Source: an uncultured Chthonomonadaceae bacterium (GTDB lineage: Bacteria; Armatimonadota; Chthonomonadetes; Chthonomonadales; Chthonomonadaceae). From it: 64,000 nt of DNA. The notes beneath the pieces are model-generated. The model saw only the letters and a list, made by a program, of their open reading frames with translations. It ran no database searches and was not told where the DNA came from. A program made the translations under genes and the position numbers. Below, piece after piece: positions 42,868 to 55,640 of the stretch. The stretch's first letter is position 1; the number at the start of each line of letters is the position of its first letter. The stretch spans positions 160,001 to 224,000 of the forward strand of contig CAWFQB010000002.1 of assembly GCA_963817895.1 (NCBI GenBank), given 5' to 3'.

Positions 42868-43602
42868 ATGGGAGAAGGAAGCGTATTGCGGGAGAGTGTG
42901 CGGATGGCGTATTCTGCCATTGCAGAACATCCTGAAGCGGCGACTCCGTTTCCAACCGGGCGGGAGTTGGCGTTGAACCTGGGGTATCCATCTGATCTCC
43001 TCAATACGCTTCCATCCGTTGCGGTGGATGCTTTCTGCGGGGTCTCCAATGTTCCGTTGTTCGCTGACATTCCTGTGCGTGCAACTGTCCTCGACCTGGG
43101 ATGTGGCGCGGGACTAGACACCCTAATTACTGGACGCCGGACAGGAAAAGGAGGTAAGGTAATTGGAATTGATTTCAGCGTGACCATGTTGGCGCGGGCA
43201 CGGCAAGCGACTGACGAAGCCGGAGCCGATAACGTGGGGTTGCTACTGTCGAGCGCGGAGAGCCTGCCGCTCGAAAGTGACAGCATAGATGTGGCGCTGG
43301 TCAACGGCATCTTCAACCTGAATCCGGCACGCGAACGCATCTTCGGCGAATTGGCGCGCGTTCTGCGAACAGGTGGAGCAGTATATGTTGCCGAACTGAT
43401 ACTGAACGAATCTGCGCCTGAAGCGCAAATGCTGGGCGCAACGGAGTGGTTCTCCTGAATTGCCGGTGCAAAGGAAAGCGGCGCTTTCCTCGACGAGTTT
43501 CAGACGGCAGGATTTCACGAGGTTGTTCTGCTGCGCGCCTTCCGCAACATCCGCGCTCGTAATCCCCATGTATTCGTAGCAGAAGTGATGGCCCGAAAGT
43601 AA
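42868..43602 (+). CDS. ArsM-like SAM-dependent methyltransferase, probable selenoprotein (UGA at 43456-43458)
   Basis: FCGVSN, VLDLGCGAGLD; WFS-TGA-IAGA continues in frame through AGF to ARK-TAA (244 aa). Confidence 0.8.
43472..43490 (+). promoter_or_regulatory. candidate bacterial SECIS hairpin
   Basis: AGGAAAGC-GGC-GCTTTCCT, starting 13 nt after the UGA, G-led apical loop. Confidence 0.65.
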
Positions 43603-43631
43603 GAACGGGGACGGGTTAATCCCCGCAGGAG

Positions 43632-44639
43632 ATGATGATGAAGCATGATAACTTGTCTCGACGGCAACTGCTGTGCGCCGCTACGCTTGGAACAGCCAGC
43701 GTCGTTAGTCTTGGGGCTATCGAAATCGCAGAGGCCGCGCGTGTTGGGAAAACGCCACCCATGACGACCGAGGAAATGGCGGCAGTAGATGCGGCAATGG
43801 GAAAGAAGGGCAACTATGTCGAAGCGCAGGCGACTTACACAACACCGCTTCCCCGCAACGACTTGAAAATGACCGTCAAGGGCGAGAGCGTTCCCATCCC
43901 GCTCGGCTTCGGCGGGTGGGTGTCGGTGAAGAAGACACTGGATGGCAAATCCAGTGTCCTGATGAGCGACACCGTTCTGCTGCAAGAGGAAGTTAATCCG
44001 CTCATGTCCGCTGCCCATGAGAACGGTCTGGAAGTGAGCGCAGTTCACAACCACTTTTTCTATGAGGAGCCGCGCATCTTCTATATGCACGTTCACGGCA
44101 TGGGGAATGCGGCAGACCTCATCAGCAGGTATGCTGCCGCCATTAAGACCACCAAACTGTTCCCCGGCAATCAGCCTCCTGCCGGATCGCCGCCCGCGCG
44201 CATGGGCAGCGAACGATTTGACGTTCCGGCTATGGATGAGATCGTGAAGTATAAAGCCGCTGTCAATGGCCCTACCATCAAGTACACGGTAGGACGCGCT
44301 GACCTGAACGTGATCGCTATGGGCGCGGACATTACCGCCGCCATCGGTCTGAACTCTTGGGCTGCCTTTGCCGGAGACAAAGACAACGCGCATGTGGCGG
44401 GTGACATTGCCATGCTCGAACCCGAAGTCAACCCCGTTATCATGGCGCTCCACAAACATAACTTGGATGTGGTTGCCGTACATAACCACATGATCGGCGA
44501 GCAGCCGCGCATGATGTTCCTCCACTACTATGGCAGCGGCCCGGCAATGACGCTGGCGCAGGGCTTTCGGGCGGCACTAGACGAACTCGGCAAGCACGGC
44601 AAAACCCTAAACATGAAGCCAATGAAGATGGAGCGGTAG
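43632..44639 (+). CDS. Tat-exported protein with two DUF1259 (LppY/LpqO-like) domains
   Basis: SRRQLL; two EVNP...AVHNH...EPR..Y/F.H repeats. Confidence 0.85.
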   Translation: MMMKHDNLSRRQLLCAATLGTASVVSLGAIEIAEAARVGKTPPMTTEEMAAVDAAMGKKGNYVEAQATYTTPLPRNDLKMTVKGESVPIPLGFGGWVSVKKTLDGKSSVLMSDTVLLQEEVNPLMSAAHENGLEVSAVHNHFFYEEPRIFYMHVHGMGNAADLISRYAAAIKTTKLFPGNQPPAGSPPARMGSERFDVPAMDEIVKYKAAVNGPTIKYTVGRADLNVIAMGADITAAIGLNSWAAFAGDKDNAHVAGDIAMLEPEVNPVIMALHKHNLDVVAVHNHMIGEQPRMMFLHYYGSGPAMTLAQGFRAALDELGKHGKTLNMKPMKMER

Positions 44640-44654
44640 CCCTTTTGAATTTTC

Positions 44655-44695
44655 GTGCCATCGAAGGCGAAATTATATTTCGCCTTCGATGGCAC
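44655..44695. terminator. hairpin with 19-bp perfect arms
   Basis: GTGCCATCGAAGGCGAAAT-TAT-ATTTCGCCTTCGATGGCAC. Confidence 0.7.
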
Positions 44696-44770
44696 AACTT
44701 ACTCGTAATTTGATACACCTACTTGCGTGGAGCGGAAATTTCTGCTCGACGCATTATTTTTGTACACCCC

Positions 44771-44802
44771 TTGACTCTGGAACCAATTCCATAGTTTATA
44801 CT
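44771..44802 (+). promoter_or_regulatory. MerR-type promoter/operator
   Basis: TTGACT, 20 bp, TATACT with dyad ACTCTGGAA-CCAA-TTCCATAGT. Confidence 0.85.
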
Positions 44803-44808
44803 AACGCC

Positions 44809-45252
44809 ATGAAACACGCACATACGAAACAAACCACCTTGCGCTCCGGGGAACTGGCACGAGTGGCAGGCGTCAGCACCGACACACTGCGCCATTACGA
44901 GCGCAAAGGATTGCTCGCTCCGGCACGAGCCGCTAATGGTTACCGTGAACACCCTCAAGCAGCACTGGATCGCGTTCTGCTGATACGTCGGGCGCTCGCT
45001 GTTGGCTTTGGATTAGATGACTTGGCGCGTATACTCCAAACACGCGATCAGGGCGGTATGCCATGCCGCGAGGTGAGGACACTTGCCGTTACAAAACTGG
45101 ATGCAGTGGAAGCGCAAATCATAGAGTTGATCCGGCTGCGTGACGATCTGCGAGAGATGGTACACGACTGGGATGTAAAATTGGCAGAAACGCCCGTAGG
45201 AGAACGCGCGCGCCTACTGGAAACGCTGGTTTCCCAAAATTGGACGACATAG
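44809..45252 (+). CDS. MerR-family regulator
   Basis: GELARVAGVSTDTLRHYERKGLL, NGYR, GFGLDDL. Confidence 0.92.
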   Translation: MKHAHTKQTTLRSGELARVAGVSTDTLRHYERKGLLAPARAANGYREHPQAALDRVLLIRRALAVGFGLDDLARILQTRDQGGMPCREVRTLAVTKLDAVEAQIIELIRLRDDLREMVHDWDVKLAETPVGERARLLETLVSQNWTT

Positions 45253-45267
45253 AAAGGGAAGGGGAAA

Positions 45268-45990
45268 ATGAAGAAATCGGTTAAGGACAACGCTTTACGG
45301 ATTCTAACTGTGCTGCTGGTCAGTTCGTCTGGTGGAGTATGCGCCCAAGCCGCCTCTGGAATGGATACGGGCCACATGGAGCGAATGCGCCATGAGAAAA
45401 GCCACGACATGGATACAATTCATCAGATGTTCAACTACACCGCCAAGATCAAAAGAACTGTGAAGAAAACACCAACTGGCATGGAAACCGCCACAGAGTC
45501 CAATAATCCAAAGGTAGCGGCGATGATTCAGGAACACGTTCTGGCGATGCGGACGCGCATGAAGAATCACCAGCCGATCCGCGCCTGGGACGAATTGTTC
45601 GCCACACTTTTCAAGAACGCCGACAAGGTGAAGTTCGAGATCATCAAAACACAGAAGGGAGTCAGGATTGCCGAAACGTCGGATGATCCTTATACAGTGA
45701 AGATTATCCGTGCCCACGCCCATGCGGTTTCCGACTTCATCAAAGAGGGCATGACGGGAATGGCGAAAGCGCATCCGGCTCCGGCGAAAGTGGAAGCGAC
45801 GGCAAAGGTCGTGCCCGCCGCATTCCTCGGCAAAGGGGATGGCGTCACCACTTGCCCAGTGACAGGGGAACCGGTGGACAGGAATATCAAGGCTGAGATC
45901 AACGGGCGAACTGTCTATTTCTGCTGCGCCAGTTGCAAAGGTATTGTACAAAATAAGCCGACGCAGTACCTCAAGCCGAAGTCGCCATGA
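45268..45990 (+). CDS. secreted His/Met-containing protein with C-terminal YHS domain
   Basis: Signal peptide; CPVTG...VYFCCASC. Confidence 0.75.
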   Translation: MKKSVKDNALRILTVLLVSSSGGVCAQAASGMDTGHMERMRHEKSHDMDTIHQMFNYTAKIKRTVKKTPTGMETATESNNPKVAAMIQEHVLAMRTRMKNHQPIRAWDELFATLFKNADKVKFEIIKTQKGVRIAETSDDPYTVKIIRAHAHAVSDFIKEGMTGMAKAHPAPAKVEATAKVVPAAFLGKGDGVTTCPVTGEPVDRNIKAEINGRTVYFCCASCKGIVQNKPTQYLKPKSP

Positions 45991-46029
45991 AACTTATATT
46001 TGCGTGACGTACTCATTGCCGCATATAAA

Positions 46030-46704
46030 TTAACCTGTGTCTGTTGTTCCAGGTTGCGAACAGCACTTGTTGCAGCACTCCCCGGAGATGGCTTCCTTTC
46101 CTTCCTTGATAAGGAACGGAATGAGGACAAGCGCCGCTACAAAGTTGAGCCACCACCATCCGAATAACCGGGTTGCTGCCAATCCCCCCATGAGAACGAG
46201 GGATAGATACCCGCAGGTAATCGCCTCCATAGCATCTGCGCGAAGCGCACGGGAATTCAAGCGCGCCGCAACCTTCAACTTGAATCCCGCCAGTATGGGC
46301 ATTCCAATCTTTGCGACCAGACCGATCAAGATACCCCAGGCGCTTTCGTGGGTATCGGTCACCCGATGCGCGAAGAACAGGCCGTAGGCGGAATTCAGAA
46401 CGACGTAGGCGGCGAGTATATAGAGCGTATAGCCGACCATCCGAGATGCTCGCCGCTCAACCGCCTCCACAGTCGCTTCATTCGCACGTCCTGATGCCTC
46501 AATTTGCAACCGCCAGAGCAGCACGCCCGCGCTGAACAACTCCACCACACTATCAATACCGAAGGCTTCAAGCAGCAGGCTATGGGAGGCGTGACCCAGC
46601 CACAGCGAGGCTGCGCCTTCAATGGTCATCCAAACGAGTGTAAGGTAGGTAAGTGCCAGGGCCAGCCTCACATCCGCGGCGCGGTTGTTAGCAGGGTTGT
46701 TCAT
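46030..46704 (-). CDS. short CDF-like cation transporter
   Basis: SLLLEAFGIDS..E, SRALRADA; TM domain only, Cys-rich tail. Confidence 0.8.
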   Translation of the reverse strand: MNNPANNRAADVRLALALTYLTLVWMTIEGAASLWLGHASHSLLLEAFGIDSVVELFSAGVLLWRLQIEASGRANEATVEAVERRASRMVGYTLYILAAYVVLNSAYGLFFAHRVTDTHESAWGILIGLVAKIGMPILAGFKLKVAARLNSRALRADAMEAITCGYLSLVLMGGLAATRLFGWWWLNFVAALVLIPFLIKEGKEAISGECCNKCCSQPGTTDTG

Positions 46705-46811
46705 ACTCTATCCTTCCTTCCATTTGCCAATCAGTTCCTTCGCAAGACCTAATTCCTCTTTAGAGGCTAAGGTGAGGGTACTGCGCTTGATACGTGTCGT
46801 CGGCTGTCGGG

Positions 46812-47750
46812 TTAAAGGAAAACTATCGTCGGCAATGCGCCATGCTCCTCCTGCTGATGTTTTTCCTCCGCCTGAAATGGTTCCGTGTGCAGGGTTATGA
46901 CGCTGTTAGGCAGAGCCTCGCGCACTCGCTGCTCTAACTGCTCGGTCAGTTCGTGGGCCTGCAACAGCGTGAGGTTGTCATCCATTAGGACATGGGCATC
47001 CACATGACGCACCGAACCTGCCTTGCGCGTCCGTAATTTGTGATAAGCCAGCACGTTTGTGTCGGCATCGAACACCTGCCGTATCGTTTCTATTTCCTTT
47101 TGCGGTAACTGCCTGTCAACAAGTGTACCGAACGCCTCACGCGCCACTTCCCATGCACCGTGGACAATCACGAGCGCCACCACCAACGCCAGCACGGAAT
47201 CGAAGAAGGCCAACCCCGTCACCCTCACCAGCACAAGGCCGATGAGAACGCCAATAGCGGTGTAGATGTCATTGCGGTGATCTTGGGCATCGGCGCGCAA
47301 TGCCTGTGAGTTTGTTTGCTCGGCGACCCGTTTGACATAGCGCGCGATGAAGATATTGACGATGGCGGATACGACCATGATGCCTATACCCCAATCCACA
47401 CGCGCAGGCGCGGCATGATGGACGAGGTGCTGAACAGCCTCATAGATGATGTAGGCGGCAACCCCGAACAGCAGGAGGGCCTGCACAAACGCGGACATGC
47501 TCTCCATTTTGCCATGTCCATACGGATGTGTTTCATCAGGAGGACGATCTGCAACGCGCACAGCGACCAGAGCAAGGCTGGATGCCATCAGGTCACTGGC
47601 GGAATGTGCGCCTTCGGAAATCACGCTCACGCTGCCGGAAAGCAGGCCGATTGCCAACTTGATAACCGTCAGTGCCAGGTTTGAGACTAGGGACACGCGG
47701 GCGGCGGCAAGTTTCTCCTGCTGCGCTTGCGAAACAGGATTGGTCTGCAT
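46812..47750 (-). CDS. CDF transporter (FieF-like)
   Basis: HSASD, HPYGHGKME, DHRND, C-terminal dimerisation domain. Confidence 0.9.
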   Translation of the reverse strand: MQTNPVSQAQQEKLAAARVSLVSNLALTVIKLAIGLLSGSVSVISEGAHSASDLMASSLALVAVRVADRPPDETHPYGHGKMESMSAFVQALLLFGVAAYIIYEAVQHLVHHAAPARVDWGIGIMVVSAIVNIFIARYVKRVAEQTNSQALRADAQDHRNDIYTAIGVLIGLVLVRVTGLAFFDSVLALVVALVIVHGAWEVAREAFGTLVDRQLPQKEIETIRQVFDADTNVLAYHKLRTRKAGSVRHVDAHVLMDDNLTLLQAHELTEQLEQRVREALPNSVITLHTEPFQAEEKHQQEEHGALPTIVFL

Positions 47751-48785
47751 CAAGGTTTTTCTCCCACGGGTGCGGCTTCGCCGCAAAACAATGGGTTCTT
47801 CTCGTGAGCCACGCATTCGCCCTGTAACTCCGGCTGAATTGTCGCGTGTGCGATACCGAAGTCATGGGCCAGGAGTTCACAAAGATCGTGAACAATTTTA
47901 CCGCAATCCGTCATTTTGCAGAGGTCAGGGACAACCACATGGCATGAGAGATAGTTCATGCCGTCCGTTACTGTCCAGGTGTGCAGGTCGTGTACCGCCA
48001 GAACATTGGGAACGCTCCGCATGGCCTCGACCATTTTGTTTGTGTCCAGGTTCCTGGGTGTGCCTTCCAGCAGAACGTCCGTTGCGTCCCGCACAATCCC
48101 CCACGACGAATACAGAATAAACAGCGCGATCAGCACCGAAACGGTGGGGTCGGCATAGAGCCATCCCGTCTTTTTAACCACAAACCCGGCGATGAGAACT
48201 GCTAGGGAGGAGAGCGCATCCCCCGCCATGTGAATAAACGCCGCGCGCATGTTCATGCTTTCCTTCGCGCCGCCTTGCAGCAGATAGGCAATGACTGTAT
48301 TCATCACGAGCGCGATTGCGGCGACCCACAGCATCAATGTGCCATTGACCTTTTCCGGTGTGCGGAACAGTTGATAGGCTTCCACGAGGATGAAGACGGC
48401 GATCAGAATGAGCGTCACCGCATTGAACAGCGCCGTGAGGATACCAACCCGGTGATAGCCATACGTCTTTTTGGCGTTGGCAGGCTTCTTGGCAATCCAG
48501 ACGGCGTAGGCTGCCAATCCCAGAGCCAGGGCGTCGCTCAGGTTGTGGCCTGCATCCGAAATGAGAGCCAGCGAGTTAGCAACGCGCCCAGCGATGAACT
48601 CTCCGATGACGAAGACAACTGTTATCCCCATTGAAATCCAGAGCATGGGGCCATGCGTCGCGCCATGTACATGGCCCGTACCGCCATGATCGTGTTCATG
48701 GCCTGCATGGTTGTAATCATCCCCCTGACTATTAGGCTCCTCATGGCCTGAGTGTTCATCGTGCGAAAGTGACGATTTCGGACAT
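47750..48785 (-). CDS. CDF transporter (CzcD/ZitB-like) with His-rich N terminus (frameshift near start)
   Basis: SDAGHNLSD, TYGYHR, HMAGD, HDLHTW, HATIQ; AGGAG before ATG at 48785. Confidence 0.88.
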
Positions 48786-48805
48786 TCTGCTTTCTCCTGT
48801 AATAG

Positions 48806-50074
48806 TTAAAGTTGTTCATCCTGCTCGCCCTGTGCGCTCTGAGGCTGGAATGTTGCCTTTTCCATTGTTCCTATTACATTCCGAGCAGCAACAACGGCAA
48901 CGCCGACAGACACGATGCCCGCCAGTAGGTAGGGCACTTCGGGCCTCCAATCGAACAGCACACCGCCCAGCAGAGGACCGACGAGGAAACCGAGCGAGCG
49001 CGTGGATTGCAGCAGGCCGAACATCTCGCCCTGACGCGGTTGGGGCGTGGCCTCGCTGCATAAGGTGTTGAGCGTTGGGTTAGCGCAGGCTGTGCCAATG
49101 GCAAACAGGGTACTGGCTCCAAAAAGCGCGAACAGGTTGGGCATGAACGGCATGAGGGCCAACCCGACGCCTTGCAGCAGATAGGAAAGGCGCAACAGCA
49201 GGGATGGCGCGATACGATGCGAAATCTTGTCCAGTAATACGCCCTGAACAACAACGTTCAGAAGCGCCTCATACCCGAAGATCAAGCCAAACTCTTTCGG
49301 GCCATATCCCAACTTGTGCCGGATCAGGCGTCCGAACGTTCCTTCCAGACAGGCCAGCACAAAGAACGCAAGCGCCGCCACGACAAATAAAGGCCGGAGG
49401 GAAGGCGTGTCGCGCAGCAGGGATAGGTCGAAGAACTTCTGGCGCGGCTTCACTTTGCTCTCTGAGCGCGCGTCACGCGGAACACTCAACCAAATCCACA
49501 AGGCTCCAAGCGCCGACGCGCTTGCCGCCACTCCGCCCACCAGAACATTACTCCCCTGCGCCGCCAGCCATCCGCCAAGCGCGGGGCCGAGGATCAGACC
49601 CCCTGTCGTCGCCGCTCCCATGCGCCCCATTGCCGCCGCACGGTTCGGTTCGTCCGTCGCGTCGGCAAGGTACGCCTGCGCCACCACGACGTTCGCGCCG
49701 CCAAACCCTGCCAGAATACGGCTCGCCAGCACCCACCCGATGCCGTGTGCGAGCGCGTAAACCAGCATGGAACCAGCCGACAACACACCACACACGATAA
49801 GAATGGGCTTGCGGCCTATGCGGTCGCTCAACTGTCCCCACGCAGGCGAACAGAGCATCTGAACCAGAAAGTAGGCCGTAAATACGCCGCCAATCTGCCA
49901 GCCCCGCGCCCCGAACGCTTCCAGCCGCGTCTGCACATCCGGCAGCAGCATCCCGAAGCCCGCGAGATCGAGGAAGATGGCAAATAGGAGAGGCCACTCA
50001 TGGCGAGGAACCCATCCTGATGACATAAGCGGGTGCGCTTGGGGTTGAGCATTGACGTGTACAACGTGCTTCAT
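48806..50074 (-). CDS. MFS transporter (TetA/DHA1-like)
   Basis: GQLSDRIGRK motif A, GPALGG. Confidence 0.9.
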   Translation of the reverse strand: MKHVVHVNAQPQAHPLMSSGWVPRHEWPLLFAIFLDLAGFGMLLPDVQTRLEAFGARGWQIGGVFTAYFLVQMLCSPAWGQLSDRIGRKPILIVCGVLSAGSMLVYALAHGIGWVLASRILAGFGGANVVVAQAYLADATDEPNRAAAMGRMGAATTGGLILGPALGGWLAAQGSNVLVGGVAASASALGALWIWLSVPRDARSESKVKPRQKFFDLSLLRDTPSLRPLFVVAALAFFVLACLEGTFGRLIRHKLGYGPKEFGLIFGYEALLNVVVQGVLLDKISHRIAPSLLLRLSYLLQGVGLALMPFMPNLFALFGASTLFAIGTACANPTLNTLCSEATPQPRQGEMFGLLQSTRSLGFLVGPLLGGVLFDWRPEVPYLLAGIVSVGVAVVAARNVIGTMEKATFQPQSAQGEQDEQL

Positions 50075-50340
50075 ACTTCTATTTGCCCGCTTCGACAGTA
50101 ACAGTAGACAAACTGTTGTGTGACTCCGAATGGTGTATGGTGTACCTCATGGGTATGCTCGACCAGTTGAAAGGACGCGCTGACTTCACTCGGAGGCTTT
50201 GTCGCGTAAACATTTTCCCAATGGGTTTTTGTGTGCATTGTTCTGTTATCCTCTCAAAATGCCCGAAAGTCGTATGAGAACAGAAACCTTCCTAGCATAA
50301 GTAGTCACACCGTCAATACCTAATCAGATAGTTTCGTCGT

Positions 50341-50378
50341 CATCGCTTGTCACTTCATTGCTTGTCACTTCATTGCTT
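50341..50378 (+). repeat. 15-bp tandem repeat, ~2.5 copies
   Basis: CAT(C/T)GCTTGTCACTT repeated in an intergenic region. Confidence 0.75.
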
Positions 50379-50413
50379 AAAGGTCTGGCCCCTTATTCTC
50401 ATTCTTCAAGACG

Positions 50414-51752
50414 TTATGCTGCCGGGCAGAGTTGGACGACCACACCGCCAAACGAGCGCACATGATTACGCAGCACCGTTTCCACGTCCTGCGTAATCAT
50501 GTGCGCTTCCTGCATGGAGAGACCCGGATCAACATCAATATGCAGATCAGCGAAAACCTTATGCCCCACCCACCGCGGCGCGAGCCTGATGGACGCCCCG
50601 CACACCGGCAACATACAAGGGGGTGCGTTCAATGTTGCTGAGGATTTCCGGCTCTATCCCATCCACCATGCGGTTGAAAACGGCTAACGTCGCGTCTTTG
50701 ACGATAAAGAGAATGGCAATCGTGATGAGAATGCCGATGAGTGGATCAATGATGGGATACCCGGCCCAAACGCCAACCACGCCCAACAGCACGGCGAGGC
50801 TTGTAAAGCCATCCACGCGCGCATGTTGACCGTCAGCAATCAGCGCCGCCGATTCGATTTCCCGGCCCACCTTGAGCCGAAGTACGGCAACGGCTTCGTT
50901 GCCGATGAAGCCCACGAGCGCCGCGACCGCGACCCAACCGAGGTGCGTAATTGGCTGGGGGTGAATAATCTTCATCACCAATTCATAGGCGGCGATGCAG
51001 GCCGAAAAGAAGATGACGCCGACAATCGCTACGCCCGCCACGTCTTCGGTTTTGCCATACCCATAGGTAAAGTGACGAGAGACGCCGCGCCGTGTGAGCG
51101 CAAACGCGATCCAGAGCGGAATACTGGTAGTCGCGTCCCCGAAGTTATGAATGGTATCCGCCAGGAGCGCGACCGACCCGGAGAGAAACACTATCGCCAC
51201 TTGAATGAGCGAAGTCACGAGCAGGATCACGAGCGTAATTTTAAGCGCCCAAATACCCCGCGCATTGCTTTCCATCGTCTCATCTATCTTATCCTCAATG
51301 CTGTGGGAGTGACCGAACGTGCCGCGCAGCCAGCCAAGAATTCCCCTGCCGTGTTCATGCCCTCCGGGGCCGTGCGCGTGACCGTGGCCTTCCTCAGTGA
51401 ACTCTGTTTCATAGGTGCGCGGAATGCCCGCTTGCGGAAGCGTGAGGCTTACGCGGAACTCATGCGGCTCCGGTATGTCCGAGGTAGAGCGTAGATAACC
51501 CGGTTCCGGGATGAACTCGAAGACCTGCTTTGCCCCGTCAGGCCGAACGGTTTCAATGGTGACAGCCGAACTTGTGACCGGAGGACAAGGCAGTTTTTCC
51601 GAGTTGAAGAAGTACAGTCGGAAATGCGGCGGAACTCCTGTTTCAAAGACGCTGATTTCCACAAAGCCGTTTTCGGTTTGTATCCGTGTCCCGCCATGCG
51701 GGGCGGCCTCGTTTTTGCTTTCGTTCATATCGTGCCTAACTTTCCCGGTCAC
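50414..51752 (-). CDS. CDF transporter with N-terminal soluble and His-rich domain (Co/Ni-type; frameshift ~50590)
   Basis: VFETGVPP...PEPHEF, HGHAHG, HNFGD, HARVD. Confidence 0.85.
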
Positions 51753-52027
51753 TTCAAATAAGCCTTGATAACATCTATGATTTCTTCGACCGCTTCAGCC
51801 TGTTCCGCTGTGGGAGGCCGTTCCGGGTCAACAACGTGCAGCCGAATATGCCCCTCCATCACTTCTGCCATCAGGCCGTTAATGGCCCCACGACAGGCGG
51901 CAATGCTTTGCAGGATTTGCGCCGGGTCTTTCTCTTGGTCGAGCGCCTTTTCAACTCCTTCCATCTGCCCCCGAATGCGGCGCACCCGGTCGAGGAGTTT
52001 CTTTTTGTCTCGAATGGTATGGCTCAT
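51749..52027 (-). CDS. RcnR/FrmR/DmeR-type metal-sensing repressor
   Basis: MSHTIRDKKKLLDRVRRIRGQ, IAACRGAINGLM, HIRLH. Confidence 0.9.
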   Translation of the reverse strand: MSHTIRDKKKLLDRVRRIRGQMEGVEKALDQEKDPAQILQSIAACRGAINGLMAEVMEGHIRLHVVDPERPPTAEQAEAVEEIIDVIKAYLK

Positions 52028-52063
52028 GTTGTCACCTTCCCGATATTTCGCTTGTTCTCGCGC

Positions 52064-52089
52064 GTATACTATACCCCATTAGAGTATAC
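52064..52089. promoter_or_regulatory. RcnR/FrmR-type operator
   Basis: GTATACT-ATACCCCATTAG-AGTATAC inverted repeat around a C tract. Confidence 0.7.
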
Positions 52090-52299
52090 CGACGACGAAA
52101 ATGTTTCCTCATTATGGCAGCGGGCGGAGTACCTTAAAAGCACGTTCGCGCGTGACTTCCTCAAAGCCGCATGACCTGTTGGCGGAATATCAGACCGGGC
52201 GGCTGAGGAACGACATTGACAACAAGTTCCATTCATAGGCAGCAAGCCTTCGCCAACTTTTCGGATATGTGTACAAAGATTCATTTCCGAAGGTTCGGC

Positions 52300-52483
52300 T
52301 TAGATCAGCGTGTCGGGAATCATAATTTCCAGTTTGGTCTTGACGATCTGCTCATAGCGTCCGGGATGGACGCTGACAGCGCACCTCGGAAAGCGTAATG
52401 CCCGGCAGCCCTTCGATCTCATGCAGCGCGTTCAGAACGTTATCCAGCATGAACGGCTGAATGATGGCTTTGACTTCCTTCAT
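52300..52483 (-). pseudogene. truncated P-II-family protein downstream of czcA (absent from ORF track)
   Basis: MKEVKAIIQPFMLDNVLNAL...GITLSEV / VKTKLEIMIPDTLI*; one frameshift, C-terminal GDGKIF part missing. Confidence 0.7.
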
Positions 52484-52536
52484 CGGTGTTCTTCGCACAG
52501 ACCCAGGCGAGAATATTCCTCGCCTGGGTCTGCAAG

Positions 52537-55637
<3,101 letters not shown>

Positions 55638-55640
55638 GGC

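Noticed and set aside
50142..50156. CsoR-like operator TACCTCATGGGTA upstream of the MFS gene
   Set aside because: Imperfect and short; insufficient support
50341..50378. Iteron or CRISPR array
   Set aside because: Only about 2.5 adjacent copies and far from rep
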